From assembly GCA_964588985.1 (NCBI GenBank), contig CAZPQW010000003.1, positions 64,001 through 128,000 of the forward strand: a stretch of 64,000 nucleotides of DNA, written 5' to 3'. The translations under genes were made by a program, and so were the position numbers. The stretch is from an uncultured Solirubrobacteraceae bacterium (GTDB lineage Bacteria > Actinomycetota > Thermoleophilia > Solirubrobacterales > Solirubrobacteraceae). Below are positions 47,368 to 55,218 of the stretch, piece by piece. Position 1 is the first letter of the stretch, and each line of letters opens with the position of its first letter. Below the pieces are notes generated by a model. That model had not been told where the DNA came from, did no database searches, and saw only the letters and a program-made list of their open reading frames with translations.

Positions 47368-47430
47368 GGGTAGTGCATCAGTTTGAGATTGGCCCACTAC
47401 TGGCCTGCATCTCGGGCTACGTTTCGGAGC

Positions 47431-47670
47431 ATGCAAGCCGACGAGACGCAACGCCAGATTGTCCGCCTGGTGCTCGAACGCGAGCGCGAGCTGGCGGGTC
47501 TTGAGCGGCTTCTCGGCTCGGGCGCTGTAACTGCGGTCAAGCTGCTCGCGGCCGATGGTGTCGTGATCCGGCATGGCGAGCGGCTATGGGCCTCCCCGTG
47601 CCTGTCTCGGCTGGATGGCTTGGGGCTTGTGGCTCCGCATAGCGATGTTCATGCGGATGCTGTCCAGTAG
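47431..47670 (+). CDS. small winged-helix-like passenger protein
   Basis: AVKLLAADGVVIRHGERLWAS pattern resembles 50091-50360. Confidence 0.55.
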   Translation: MQADETQRQIVRLVLERERELAGLERLLGSGAVTAVKLLAADGVVIRHGERLWASPCLSRLDGLGLVAPHSDVHADAVQ

Positions 47671-47701
47671 TGGCATGAAGATGGCTCGCTACTATCAGGC
47701 T

Positions 47702-47941
47702 ATGCCCGACCGCTCACGCAAGCGCCCACGCGACCCGAGCCAGCTCGGGAAGCTGATTGTGGACATCGCCACGGGCGACGTCGAGGACACCGCGCCGGAC
47801 GACGGCAAGAACCCCGCCGCCGTCGAGCTGGGCCGCAAAGGCGGCCTCAAGGGCGGCAGGGCTAGAGCTGAGAGGATGACAGCTGAGGAACGAAGCAAAG
47901 CTGCTCAGCGCGCGGCACGTGCTCGCTGGACGAAAGGCTAG
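47702..47941 (+). CDS. small basic KGG-like protein
   Basis: RPRDPSQLGKLIVDIATG..KNPAAVELGRKGGLKGGRARA..AARARW. Confidence 0.8.
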   Translation: MPDRSRKRPRDPSQLGKLIVDIATGDVEDTAPDDGKNPAAVELGRKGGLKGGRARAERMTAEERSKAAQRAARARWTKG

Positions 47942-48132
47942 ACAGGCGTTTGCGCCGTTTCCTGGCTGCTCGAAACGATTGCCTTGTCTTCGGCCGGCTC
48001 CCAACGGGGTCGTCCAGGGAAGGCGTCAGTTGCCCCGTCCCACGACGTGATGTCACGCGAGACAATGGCGGCGTGGGAGACGAACTCACTCGATGTCATT
48101 TGCTCAATCGGCGTGATCTTCCCAGCCATCAT
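47938..48132 (-). CDS. hypothetical 64-aa protein coupled to the SDH protease
   Basis: AAGGAGG RBS in protease 3' end; ATGA overlap. Confidence 0.5.
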   Translation of the reverse strand: MMAGKITPIEQMTSSEFVSHAAIVSRDITSWDGATDAFPGRPRWEPAEDKAIVSSSQETAQTPV

Positions 48133-49163
48133 TCCTCCTTTAGTCGGCCGAAGGCCGTAATCCTGCTTGCCAATAGTGCTCTCTCGACTGCCTTCACGCG
48201 CTCGTTCAATGAATCCGTGGCATCAACAAGCGGCAGAAACCCGCCCGATTCGACCTCCTGTCGATCGATCACGAACCCATGCTCAGGATACCGGTTCACA
48301 AGCCAATCGGCGATCTTATTCGCCCGCTCCTCGGGAGCGCCGGCCAACAGGAGGAGTCGCACTGCGTAGTGCTGCGCGACGGCCAGAATGCGGGCTTGCT
48401 TAGCATAATGCACAGCGTCGATCTTGTTGAGCATTGGACACATCATGTCGCTCACGAACTTGGCGGCGATCGGGAGCAGGACGTCTGTTTTTTTGTGGGT
48501 CGCGCCTACCATCGTGACCATCGTCTGGTCTAGGTGTTGGAGCGCCACAGAGTGGAGCTGTTCGAGCGCTTGAACCTCGTTGAGGGCGCTACCCGGCTCC
48601 TCGCGCTCCTCGTCCCACAACTGAGCGTCGAGAGGGCCGATCTCAGCGTCCTCTCCCATGAGCGCGCGTGTTGCCCCAAGCGAAAGCAGCGTGGCAGCGC
48701 TCTTGGCATACCGCGGAATCACCACCGTAAAGCCGCCATCTCGTTGCAGAACGCGAGCAAGGCGGTAGGCAACCTCTGCAAGGCCGCCGGGCGAGTCGAT
48801 CAGAAGGGCTACGTGGCCGTCGGATGCCAGTTCGTCTCGTGCATCGAGGAATTTCGTGAGAAGCGGCTCGTAGAGGCCAATTGGTCGTTGGGCGCCAGAC
48901 TGCACAAGCATCCATACAGGCACACCTAGTGCTGTCTCCAGCTCCTTGACGGCTTTGCCGAAGTCATCCGGTAGAGGACCATGCGGCGCCAAGCTCCCGC
49001 TATAGAAGGTTCGTTTCGGGGTTGCCGCTGGTTTGCTGGCCTTTGACGCGGCAGCGACCGCCGCCTTCGCCGTCGCCCGCGGTGCTCGACCGTTGCTCTT
49101 CCGTCCGTTCGCTGATCGGGACGGGACAGCTGCAGGCGATTCGGCCACCGCCCGAGTGTACAT
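48129..49163 (-). CDS. SDH family Clp-fold serine protease
   Basis: LLIDSPGG, PRYAKSAATLL, IGPLDAQ, YPEHGFVID; start uncertain. Confidence 0.85.
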   Translation of the reverse strand: MYTRAVAESPAAVPSRSANGRKSNGRAPRATAKAAVAAASKASKPAATPKRTFYSGSLAPHGPLPDDFGKAVKELETALGVPVWMLVQSGAQRPIGLYEPLLTKFLDARDELASDGHVALLIDSPGGLAEVAYRLARVLQRDGGFTVVIPRYAKSAATLLSLGATRALMGEDAEIGPLDAQLWDEEREEPGSALNEVQALEQLHSVALQHLDQTMVTMVGATHKKTDVLLPIAAKFVSDMMCPMLNKIDAVHYAKQARILAVAQHYAVRLLLLAGAPEERANKIADWLVNRYPEHGFVIDRQEVESGGFLPLVDATDSLNERVKAVERALLASRITAFGRLKEE

Positions 49164-49266
49164 AGACTCCAGGCGGAGTTCCAAAAATCTTGACGATTGT
49201 TGTCGATTGACCCAGCCTAGGGGCCTTAGACGATCTGCCGTTCTGTCCGACCGCTCACGCATAAGG

Positions 49267-50094
49267 TTGAGCATCGAGCGGCGCGCGCAGATCCTCGCGA
49301 TGCTCACGGAGGGGAACAGCATGAGGGCGACGGCCCGTATGGCGGGCTGCTCGTTCAACACGGTGTCGAAGCTGCTGCTGGACGTGGGCGGGGTCTGCAC
49401 GGAGTTTCAGGACCGCACGCTGCGCGATCTGCGCTGCACGGAGGTCCAGTGCGATGAGATCTGGAGCTTCGTCGGCTCGAAGGCCAAGAACGTGCCCGAG
49501 GATCGCAAGGACGAGTTCGGCGTCGGGGACGTGTGGTGCTGGGTCGCGATCGACGCCGAGTCCAAGCTGGTCCCGTCATGGCTGCTCGGGGAGCGCAAGA
49601 TCGGCGACTGCACCACGTTCCTCAACGACCTACGCGACCGGCTCCGCTATCGCATCCAGCTCTCCACGGACGCGCACGCGAGCTACAAGGGCGCTGTGGG
49701 CCTCGTGTTCGGAGGCGACATCGACTGGGCGCAGATCATCAAGGACTACAAGGCTACGAACATCCCTCCGGGCCGCTACAGCCCGCCAGCCTGCACGGGC
49801 GTCCGAGTCAAGGCGCAGCTCGGAGACCCGGATCTCGCCAAGGCCAGCACCAGCTACATCGAGCGTCAGAACCTCACGATGAGGATGAACATGCGCCGGT
49901 ACACGAGGCTGACCAACGCGTTCTCGAAGAAACTGGAGAGCCACGCGGCGGCGGTGGCGCTGCACTTCATGGCCTACAACTTCGTGCGTCTGCACCGGAC
50001 GCTCGCTAGCCCGTATCCACGTACCCCGGCTATGGCAGCCGGGGTAGCAGACCACATCTGGACGCTGCAAGAGGTTGCAGCGCTACTTGACTAA
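49267..50094 (+). CDS. IS1-family DDE transposase (single ORF)
   Basis: HTH EGNSMRATAR; CDEIWSFVG, LSTD, TSYIERQNLTMR..RRYTRLTNAFSKK; start probably TTG. Confidence 0.9.
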   Translation: MSIERRAQILAMLTEGNSMRATARMAGCSFNTVSKLLLDVGGVCTEFQDRTLRDLRCTEVQCDEIWSFVGSKAKNVPEDRKDEFGVGDVWCWVAIDAESKLVPSWLLGERKIGDCTTFLNDLRDRLRYRIQLSTDAHASYKGAVGLVFGGDIDWAQIIKDYKATNIPPGRYSPPACTGVRVKAQLGDPDLAKASTSYIERQNLTMRMNMRRYTRLTNAFSKKLESHAAAVALHFMAYNFVRLHRTLASPYPRTPAMAAGVADHIWTLQEVAALLD

Positions 50095-50360
50095 AGGACC
50101 TGGCCGACGATCTGCACCAGCCGGAACGCTGGCCGCGTAGCGAACACGTAGCCGTCGGACGTTTTGTTGACCAGTCCCGCGCGGTGCAGGCCGTTGACGT
50201 AGTCGATCACGTCGGTGCGGTCCATCTCGCGGTTGAGATCGGCTATCGACCACAACGGCTGCCCGTCAGGGTCGGTCAGCGCGTAGAGGGTGTCGCGTTC
50301 GACCGCCTCGAACCTCTCCACGCGTTCCTCGACAGTCTCAAAGGTATCCTCATCGGGCAT
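50091..50360 (-). CDS. small winged-helix-like passenger protein
   Basis: WSIADLNREM..VNGLHRAGLVNKTSDGYVFATRPA. Confidence 0.7.
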   Translation of the reverse strand: MPDEDTFETVEERVERFEAVERDTLYALTDPDGQPLWSIADLNREMDRTDVIDYVNGLHRAGLVNKTSDGYVFATRPAFRLVQIVGQVL

Positions 50361-50653
50361 CGGAAGGTCCAGCCTTTCGGTGTCACGGCCGGGGGGCCGT
50401 TGTCGCGGTCGCCCCGGCCAATTGGAACTGCGGACCCAGCGACCCTAGACCGTGCGACGGCCTCCGTGGGGCGCAATTTCAAACTGATGCACTACCCCCA
50501 TACACCCGATAATGCATGTTATGTCAACCAGGCATTGCACTTGAGCGGTCGTCCTACGTCCATTATCGCTTTCAGTGTTTCCGTCTTGAGCTGGTCGAAC
50601 CCTAGTTGCTACTGGCGTATTGACACCGGCCGCATTAATCGAGCTAGCTGCAC

Positions 50654-50682
50654 TTGCGTGCGTGTCGCACGTCTGCTAGACC
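50654..50682 (+). promoter_or_regulatory. putative promoter with the cassette signature
   Basis: TTGCGT-N17-TAGACC with extended -10 TG. Confidence 0.5.
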
Positions 50683-50767
50683 AATGATGCTGCTGTCAAC
50701 TCATCAGTCGGAGATCCCCGCCCAGAAGCCGGGCCAGACACGTGTAACTTTGAAAGGATGACGTGGA

Positions 50768-51319
50768 ATGAGGCTTGCCAACAAAGCTATGCTCATGCTT
50801 GTAGCGATTGGCGCACTCAATGCCGCTACGGTCACGGGCGTCAGTGCTCACACCTTCTCAGCGAGCACGGTGGCTGCATTGAAAGGCAAAGCTCTACAAA
50901 CGCAGGTGTTTAAAACCAAAGCCGGTAGTGTTGAATGTTCGACGCTGGCCATCACATCCGGGACGAGCTCGCTTTCGTCGTTAACACTGAGCGACACTGT
51001 CCAGTACTCAGGATGCAAAGCATTCGGCCTGACGGCGACCGTTTCGCCAGCTGACTACGAATTGAATGCCGATGGCTCTGTGGATCTCGTTGCTGAAGTG
51101 GCGATCAAAGCCATAGGGTGCGTCGTGATGATCCCACCTCAAACCCTGGGAGGGCTTGCGTATAAAGACTCAGGTAGTGAAGTCGTGATTGAACCGAAAG
51201 TGACTGGCATCACGTCGGAAGGCTTAGGTGCTGCGTGCGCCTACTTAAAAGAAAGTAAAGGAACGTATACGGGGAACTCATCTCTTTCGATCGCGGGTGG
51301 CAGTATTGGATGGAGTTAG
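50768..51319 (+). CDS. secreted small-subunit paralogue
   Basis: Signal peptide; YSGCKAFGLTATVSPADYELNADGSV; CAYLKESKGTY. Confidence 0.88.
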   Translation: MRLANKAMLMLVAIGALNAATVTGVSAHTFSASTVAALKGKALQTQVFKTKAGSVECSTLAITSGTSSLSSLTLSDTVQYSGCKAFGLTATVSPADYELNADGSVDLVAEVAIKAIGCVVMIPPQTLGGLAYKDSGSEVVIEPKVTGITSEGLGAACAYLKESKGTYTGNSSLSIAGGSIGWS

Positions 51320-51323
51320 GTGA

Positions 51324-51389
51324 AGACGTGGGTGGCCGCCTCTCTGCCTACCCACGTCTGTAACCACATGGCTAGGCAGCTGCCTAGCC
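51324..51389. terminator. paired hairpins between convergent genes
   Basis: AGACGTGGGT..ACCCACGTCT stem and perfect palindrome GGCTAGGCAGCTGCCTAGCC. Confidence 0.55.
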
Positions 51390-51398
51390 CAGACTGCC

Positions 51399-52646
51399 CT
51401 ATAGGCCGTCCACCGGCCGCACATCCTGCAACCGATCCACCCTCGCGAGCGCCGGGAACAGCCTCCCCCATCCGATCGCCAGCGCGATCGTGATCGCTCC
51501 GCCCGCCACCACCGCCGGCACCGCGCCCAGCAGGAACGCCGCCACCCCCGACTCGAACGCGCCGAGCTGGTTGGACGCGCTGATGAACACCATCTCCACC
51601 GCCAGCACGCGCCCGCGCAGATGGTCGGGCGTGGCGAGCGCGACGGTCGTGGAGCGGATGTTCATCGAGAACATGTCCACGAAGCCGCTCACGCCGAGGG
51701 CGAGCAGCGACAGCCAGAAGGAGTGCGAGAGACCGAACACCACGATGCTCGCCCCGAACGCGCCGACGACCACGAGCAGCTTGCGTCCCGCCCTGCCACC
51801 GAGCGGCCTGCGCGTGAGGACCGCCGCGGCGAGCAGCGCCCCCACCGCCGGCGCGCTGCGCAGCACCCCCAGCCCCGTCGGCCCGACGTGCAGGATCGAG
51901 CGAGCGAACAGCGGCAGCAGCGCGACCGCGCCCCCGAACAGCACAGCCATCAGGTCGAGCAGGATCGCGCCGAGCAGGATCTGGGTGTGGCGCACGAAGC
52001 GGATCCCCGCGAGCACGCTGTCGAGCCCCGGCGCCGTGCCCCCCGCCCCAGCCTGCGCCCCGGCCGCCGCCGCGGTCCTCATCCTCGCCACGCACCCCGC
52101 CGCCGCAAGGCACATCCCCGCCGCCACGCCGTAGGTGACTCCCGGAGAGATCGGGTAGAGCAGGCCTCCGAGCGCCGGGCCGACCACCTGGGCGCCCTGC
52201 ACGGCTACTCCCCGTAGTGTCATCGCGCTTTCCAACAGCTCAGCCGGCACGAGCGTCGGCGGCAGCGCACGCGCGGCCGGAGTGCCGAGCGACATCGCCG
52301 TGCCGGCGCCGAGCGCGAGCGCGAGGAACGGCAGCACGCTCGTCACGCCCGAGCTGCTCAGCGCGACCAGCCCGCCCGCGACCGCTGCGCTGAGCAACAA
52401 CGAGCAGCCGAACACCAGCCGGCGCGGGAAGCGATCCGCGAGCTGGCCCGCGGGCAGCGCGAGCACGAACATCGGGATGAACTCCGCGAGGCCGATCCAG
52501 CCGAGGTCGAGGGCGCTGCGGTGGAAGCTGTAGACCTCCCAGCCGATCGCCACCTCGAGCATCTGCACGCTCACTCCCATCCCCAGCAGCGCGAGCCACA
52601 GGAGCGCGAAGTCGCGCTCCGCGAGCGCCGGGCCGAGCCTCCTCAT
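51399..52646 (-). CDS. MFS transporter
   Basis: GQLADRFPRR motif A; multiple TMs; PDHLRGRV. Confidence 0.92.
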   Translation of the reverse strand: MRRLGPALAERDFALLWLALLGMGVSVQMLEVAIGWEVYSFHRSALDLGWIGLAEFIPMFVLALPAGQLADRFPRRLVFGCSLLLSAAVAGGLVALSSSGVTSVLPFLALALGAGTAMSLGTPAARALPPTLVPAELLESAMTLRGVAVQGAQVVGPALGGLLYPISPGVTYGVAAGMCLAAAGCVARMRTAAAAGAQAGAGGTAPGLDSVLAGIRFVRHTQILLGAILLDLMAVLFGGAVALLPLFARSILHVGPTGLGVLRSAPAVGALLAAAVLTRRPLGGRAGRKLLVVVGAFGASIVVFGLSHSFWLSLLALGVSGFVDMFSMNIRSTTVALATPDHLRGRVLAVEMVFISASNQLGAFESGVAAFLLGAVPAVVAGGAITIALAIGWGRLFPALARVDRLQDVRPVDGL

Positions 52647-52785
52647 CGCCCTCCCCCACGAGCAGTCGCGCCCCGCTCGGCGCCTCGAGAAACCGCTCCC
52701 ATTGGAGTCATCCTCGCAGGGCATCGCCGCACTCGCGGTCTAGCATTCGGACCACGCACTGCAACCGACGACGGGGAGACACCGG

Positions 52786-53223
52786 ATGGCGAACACGCTC
52801 TACACAGCCAAGGCACACGTGACCGGAGGCCGCACCGAAGGTCACGGTCGCACGAGCGACGGGGCGCTCGAGGTCGACCTGCGCCTACCCGCGGAGATGG
52901 GCGGCACCGGTGACGGCACGAACCCCGAGCAGCTGTTCGCCGTCGGCTACGCCGCCTGCTTCGAGGGCGCGCTCGGCGTGGCCGCCCGTCGCGCGAAGGT
53001 CGACCCTGGCGAGGTGGCGATCGACTCAGAGGTCTCGCTCTCCCCGGACGGCAAGGGTGGTTTCGTGATCGGGGTCGCACTCGACGTCAGGCTCCCCGGG
53101 GTCGTCGACTCCGCCACCGCGATCGACGTGGTTCGTAAGGCTCACGATGTGTGCCCGTACTCGAACGCCACACGCGGCAACATCGAGGTGGCGCTCACCG
53201 CCAATGGCGAGCAGGTCGACTAG
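52786..53223 (+). CDS. ohr: organic hydroperoxide resistance protein
   Basis: TNPEQLFAVGYAACF; VCPYSNATRGN. Confidence 0.95.
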   Translation: MANTLYTAKAHVTGGRTEGHGRTSDGALEVDLRLPAEMGGTGDGTNPEQLFAVGYAACFEGALGVAARRAKVDPGEVAIDSEVSLSPDGKGGFVIGVALDVRLPGVVDSATAIDVVRKAHDVCPYSNATRGNIEVALTANGEQVD

Positions 53224-53279
53224 AGCACGACTAGAGCCGAACCGCCCGAGATTCGGAGGCCTTCGCAACGCCCAGCGCA

Positions 53280-54386
53280 TCAGTCCGCGCTCTGCTCGGC
53301 CTCGCTCTCGCTGATCTCCGACGCGCGACGCGCGACACGGTCGACGAGCCTCGTGCGTACCTCCTCCAGCTCAGAGAGATCCTCTGGCACGTCGTCGGTG
53401 GCCTCGACCGGCGGCAGCTCGGCGCGGGCATCGATCTGCCAGGTTGAAACGGCAATCGGCGCATAGACCCGATGCAGGGCGAGCTTTGCAACGGTCTCGT
53501 TGCGCTCGGTGCAGAGGATGATGCCCACGCTCTCGCGGTCATCCCCGACGCGCAACTGCTCGTCCACGGCGTTCAGATAGAAGTTCATCTTGCTCACGTA
53601 CTCAACCTGGAAGGCGCCGACCTTCAACTCGATCACGACGAAGCGCCGCAACGCGTGGTGGTAGAAAAGCAAGTCCGGGAAGAACTCCTGATCACCGACC
53701 AGCAGAGAGCGCTGGCGCCCGTAGAACGCGAAGCCCGTACCCAACTCCAACAAGAAGCTCTGGATATCGTCGAGCAGAGCCTGTTCGAGGTGGCGCTCCC
53801 GAGCATCCTCGGTCAACTCGAGGAAGTCGAATACGTATGGATCCTTGATCGCTTGCAACGCCCGATCGGCGTCGACGGGTGCCAACGCGCGCGGGAAGTT
53901 GGTCAGCGCCGCGCCCTGGCGCTCGTGCAGACGCAGATTGATCTGGCCCTTTAGGTAGCGCCGCGACCAGCGGTTCTCCGCCGCCTTCCCGGCGTACCAT
54001 GCGTAGACGTCTGGGTTCTCACCGAATGCGTCGATCAACACCTGATGGTGAGACCAGCCGATTTGTGCAGCCAGTGGCTGCACTTTCTCGGAATCGGGCC
54101 ACAACACCGCGAACCGTCGCATGTAGAACAGGTTGCGCCGGGAAAACCCTCGCGCCGAACCTGTATCCGCGCCAAGGTCCTGTGCGATCCTCCCGACGAC
54201 GTCATCGCCCCAGCCGCCGGCCTGCTGCTGCGTGAGGATCTCACGCCCGATCGACCAGTAGAGCATGACCAGCTCCGAGTTCAGGGTGCGGGCGGCGCGA
54301 GCCTGAGACTCGCGGATCTGGACGCGGAGGCGCTCGATCAGTTCACGGTAGGTAGTGCTCGCGGCGACAGCGTCCACATCGGACAC
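53280..54386 (-). CDS. YhcG/DUF1016 PD-(D/E)xK nuclease domain protein
   Basis: LYWSIGREI, GFSRRNLFYMRRF, KDPYVFDFL, DLLFYH..VVIELK; frame open upstream to 54575. Confidence 0.92.
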   Translation of the reverse strand: MSDVDAVAASTTYRELIERLRVQIRESQARAARTLNSELVMLYWSIGREILTQQQAGGWGDDVVGRIAQDLGADTGSARGFSRRNLFYMRRFAVLWPDSEKVQPLAAQIGWSHHQVLIDAFGENPDVYAWYAGKAAENRWSRRYLKGQINLRLHERQGAALTNFPRALAPVDADRALQAIKDPYVFDFLELTEDARERHLEQALLDDIQSFLLELGTGFAFYGRQRSLLVGDQEFFPDLLFYHHALRRFVVIELKVGAFQVEYVSKMNFYLNAVDEQLRVGDDRESVGIILCTERNETVAKLALHRVYAPIAVSTWQIDARAELPPVEATDDVPEDLSELEEVRTRLVDRVARRASEISESEAEQSAD

Positions 54387-54585
54387 GCCATACCGCACGG
54401 GATGCCGGCTCATAGAACGACGAGCGTGCCAACGTAGCGACCGTCGGAGCCGTACGCTTTCTTGCCTTTGAGCTTCGCTACGTGCGTGCCAGAGCGTGAG
54501 AACAGGTCGTCGCCGGACTGGCGGAGGGGCCGTCCTTGCTTCGTGTACAGCGGTGTCATTTAATGATCGTTGCACCCCGCTCGGA

Positions 54586-54599
54586 CGAACACTTGTTCG
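54586..54599. promoter_or_regulatory. LexA (SOS) box
   Basis: Perfect CGAAC-ACTT-GTTCG. Confidence 0.7.
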
Positions 54600-54737
54600 T
54601 GCCTATGCGGTACTGTCGAACCCTCCGAGATTTGAAGCGCACGAACATCAACCTTCCCCGTCCTCACGCCAGAAGCCCTAGAAGAGATGCGACGTCGACG
54701 ACAGCTCGCCTAGATGGAGCTGGCGGACCGGCGCCCC

Positions 54738-55196
54738 TCAACGCCCAAGCGTGCGCACGAACTCATGCGCGCGCCTGCGCAGGTGGTCCAACTGCGCGCG
54801 CACCTGCTCCAGCCCCGCGCGCACCTCGGCATCCCCCACCTCGACCGGGAGCATCGAGTCCTGGAGCGTGGCGAGCGTTAGGTCCGCTTCGGTGACCGCC
54901 CGCACGGCGGCGTCTACGAACCCCTTGACCCCCCGCGCCGGTGCGACGATCGCGGCGGGCTCGAACGTGCGACCCGGGAGGTCGTGGCGCGCGGCGAACT
55001 CCGCGTGCGTGCGCTTCGCGCGACCGTAGGCGGCCTGCACGGGACGGAACAACTGTTCCTCGATGCGGTCGGCGCTGCTTTCGTCGAGCTGCTCGTATGC
55101 CTCGCTCAGCAGCGCGATCGCGCTCGCGAGCTGGTCAACGGCCTGCGCGATCGAGTCGAGCAGCTGCTGTTGGGCGTCGGCGGTCTTGTAAGCCAC
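54738..55196 (-). CDS. hypothetical helical protein
   Basis: Host-like codon usage; AYEQLDE..LFRPVQAAYG..LQDSMLPVEVGD. Confidence 0.7.
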   Translation of the reverse strand: MAYKTADAQQQLLDSIAQAVDQLASAIALLSEAYEQLDESSADRIEEQLFRPVQAAYGRAKRTHAEFAARHDLPGRTFEPAAIVAPARGVKGFVDAAVRAVTEADLTLATLQDSMLPVEVGDAEVRAGLEQVRAQLDHLRRRAHEFVRTLGR

Positions 55197-55218
55197 CCGA
55201 GGAAGGTTAGTGCGGTAC

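Larger units (their letters stand above)
47368..50497. mobile_element. IS1-family transposable element with passenger genes
   Basis: TIRs GGGTAGTGCATCAGTTTGA(G/A)ATTG at both ends; CCATAC on both flanks (47362-47367, 50498-50503); DDE transposase inside. Confidence 0.88.

Noticed and set aside
47263-47397. Repeated AACTGATGCACT units as a CRISPR array or attC sites
   Set aside because: Only three copies, one inverted, no regular spacers and no cas or integrase gene; explained by IS terminal repeats.
49164-49400. Overlapping divergent N-termini of the protease and transposase ORFs
   Set aside because: ORF-track extensions to the farthest start codon; motif-bearing regions begin near 49163 and 49267.
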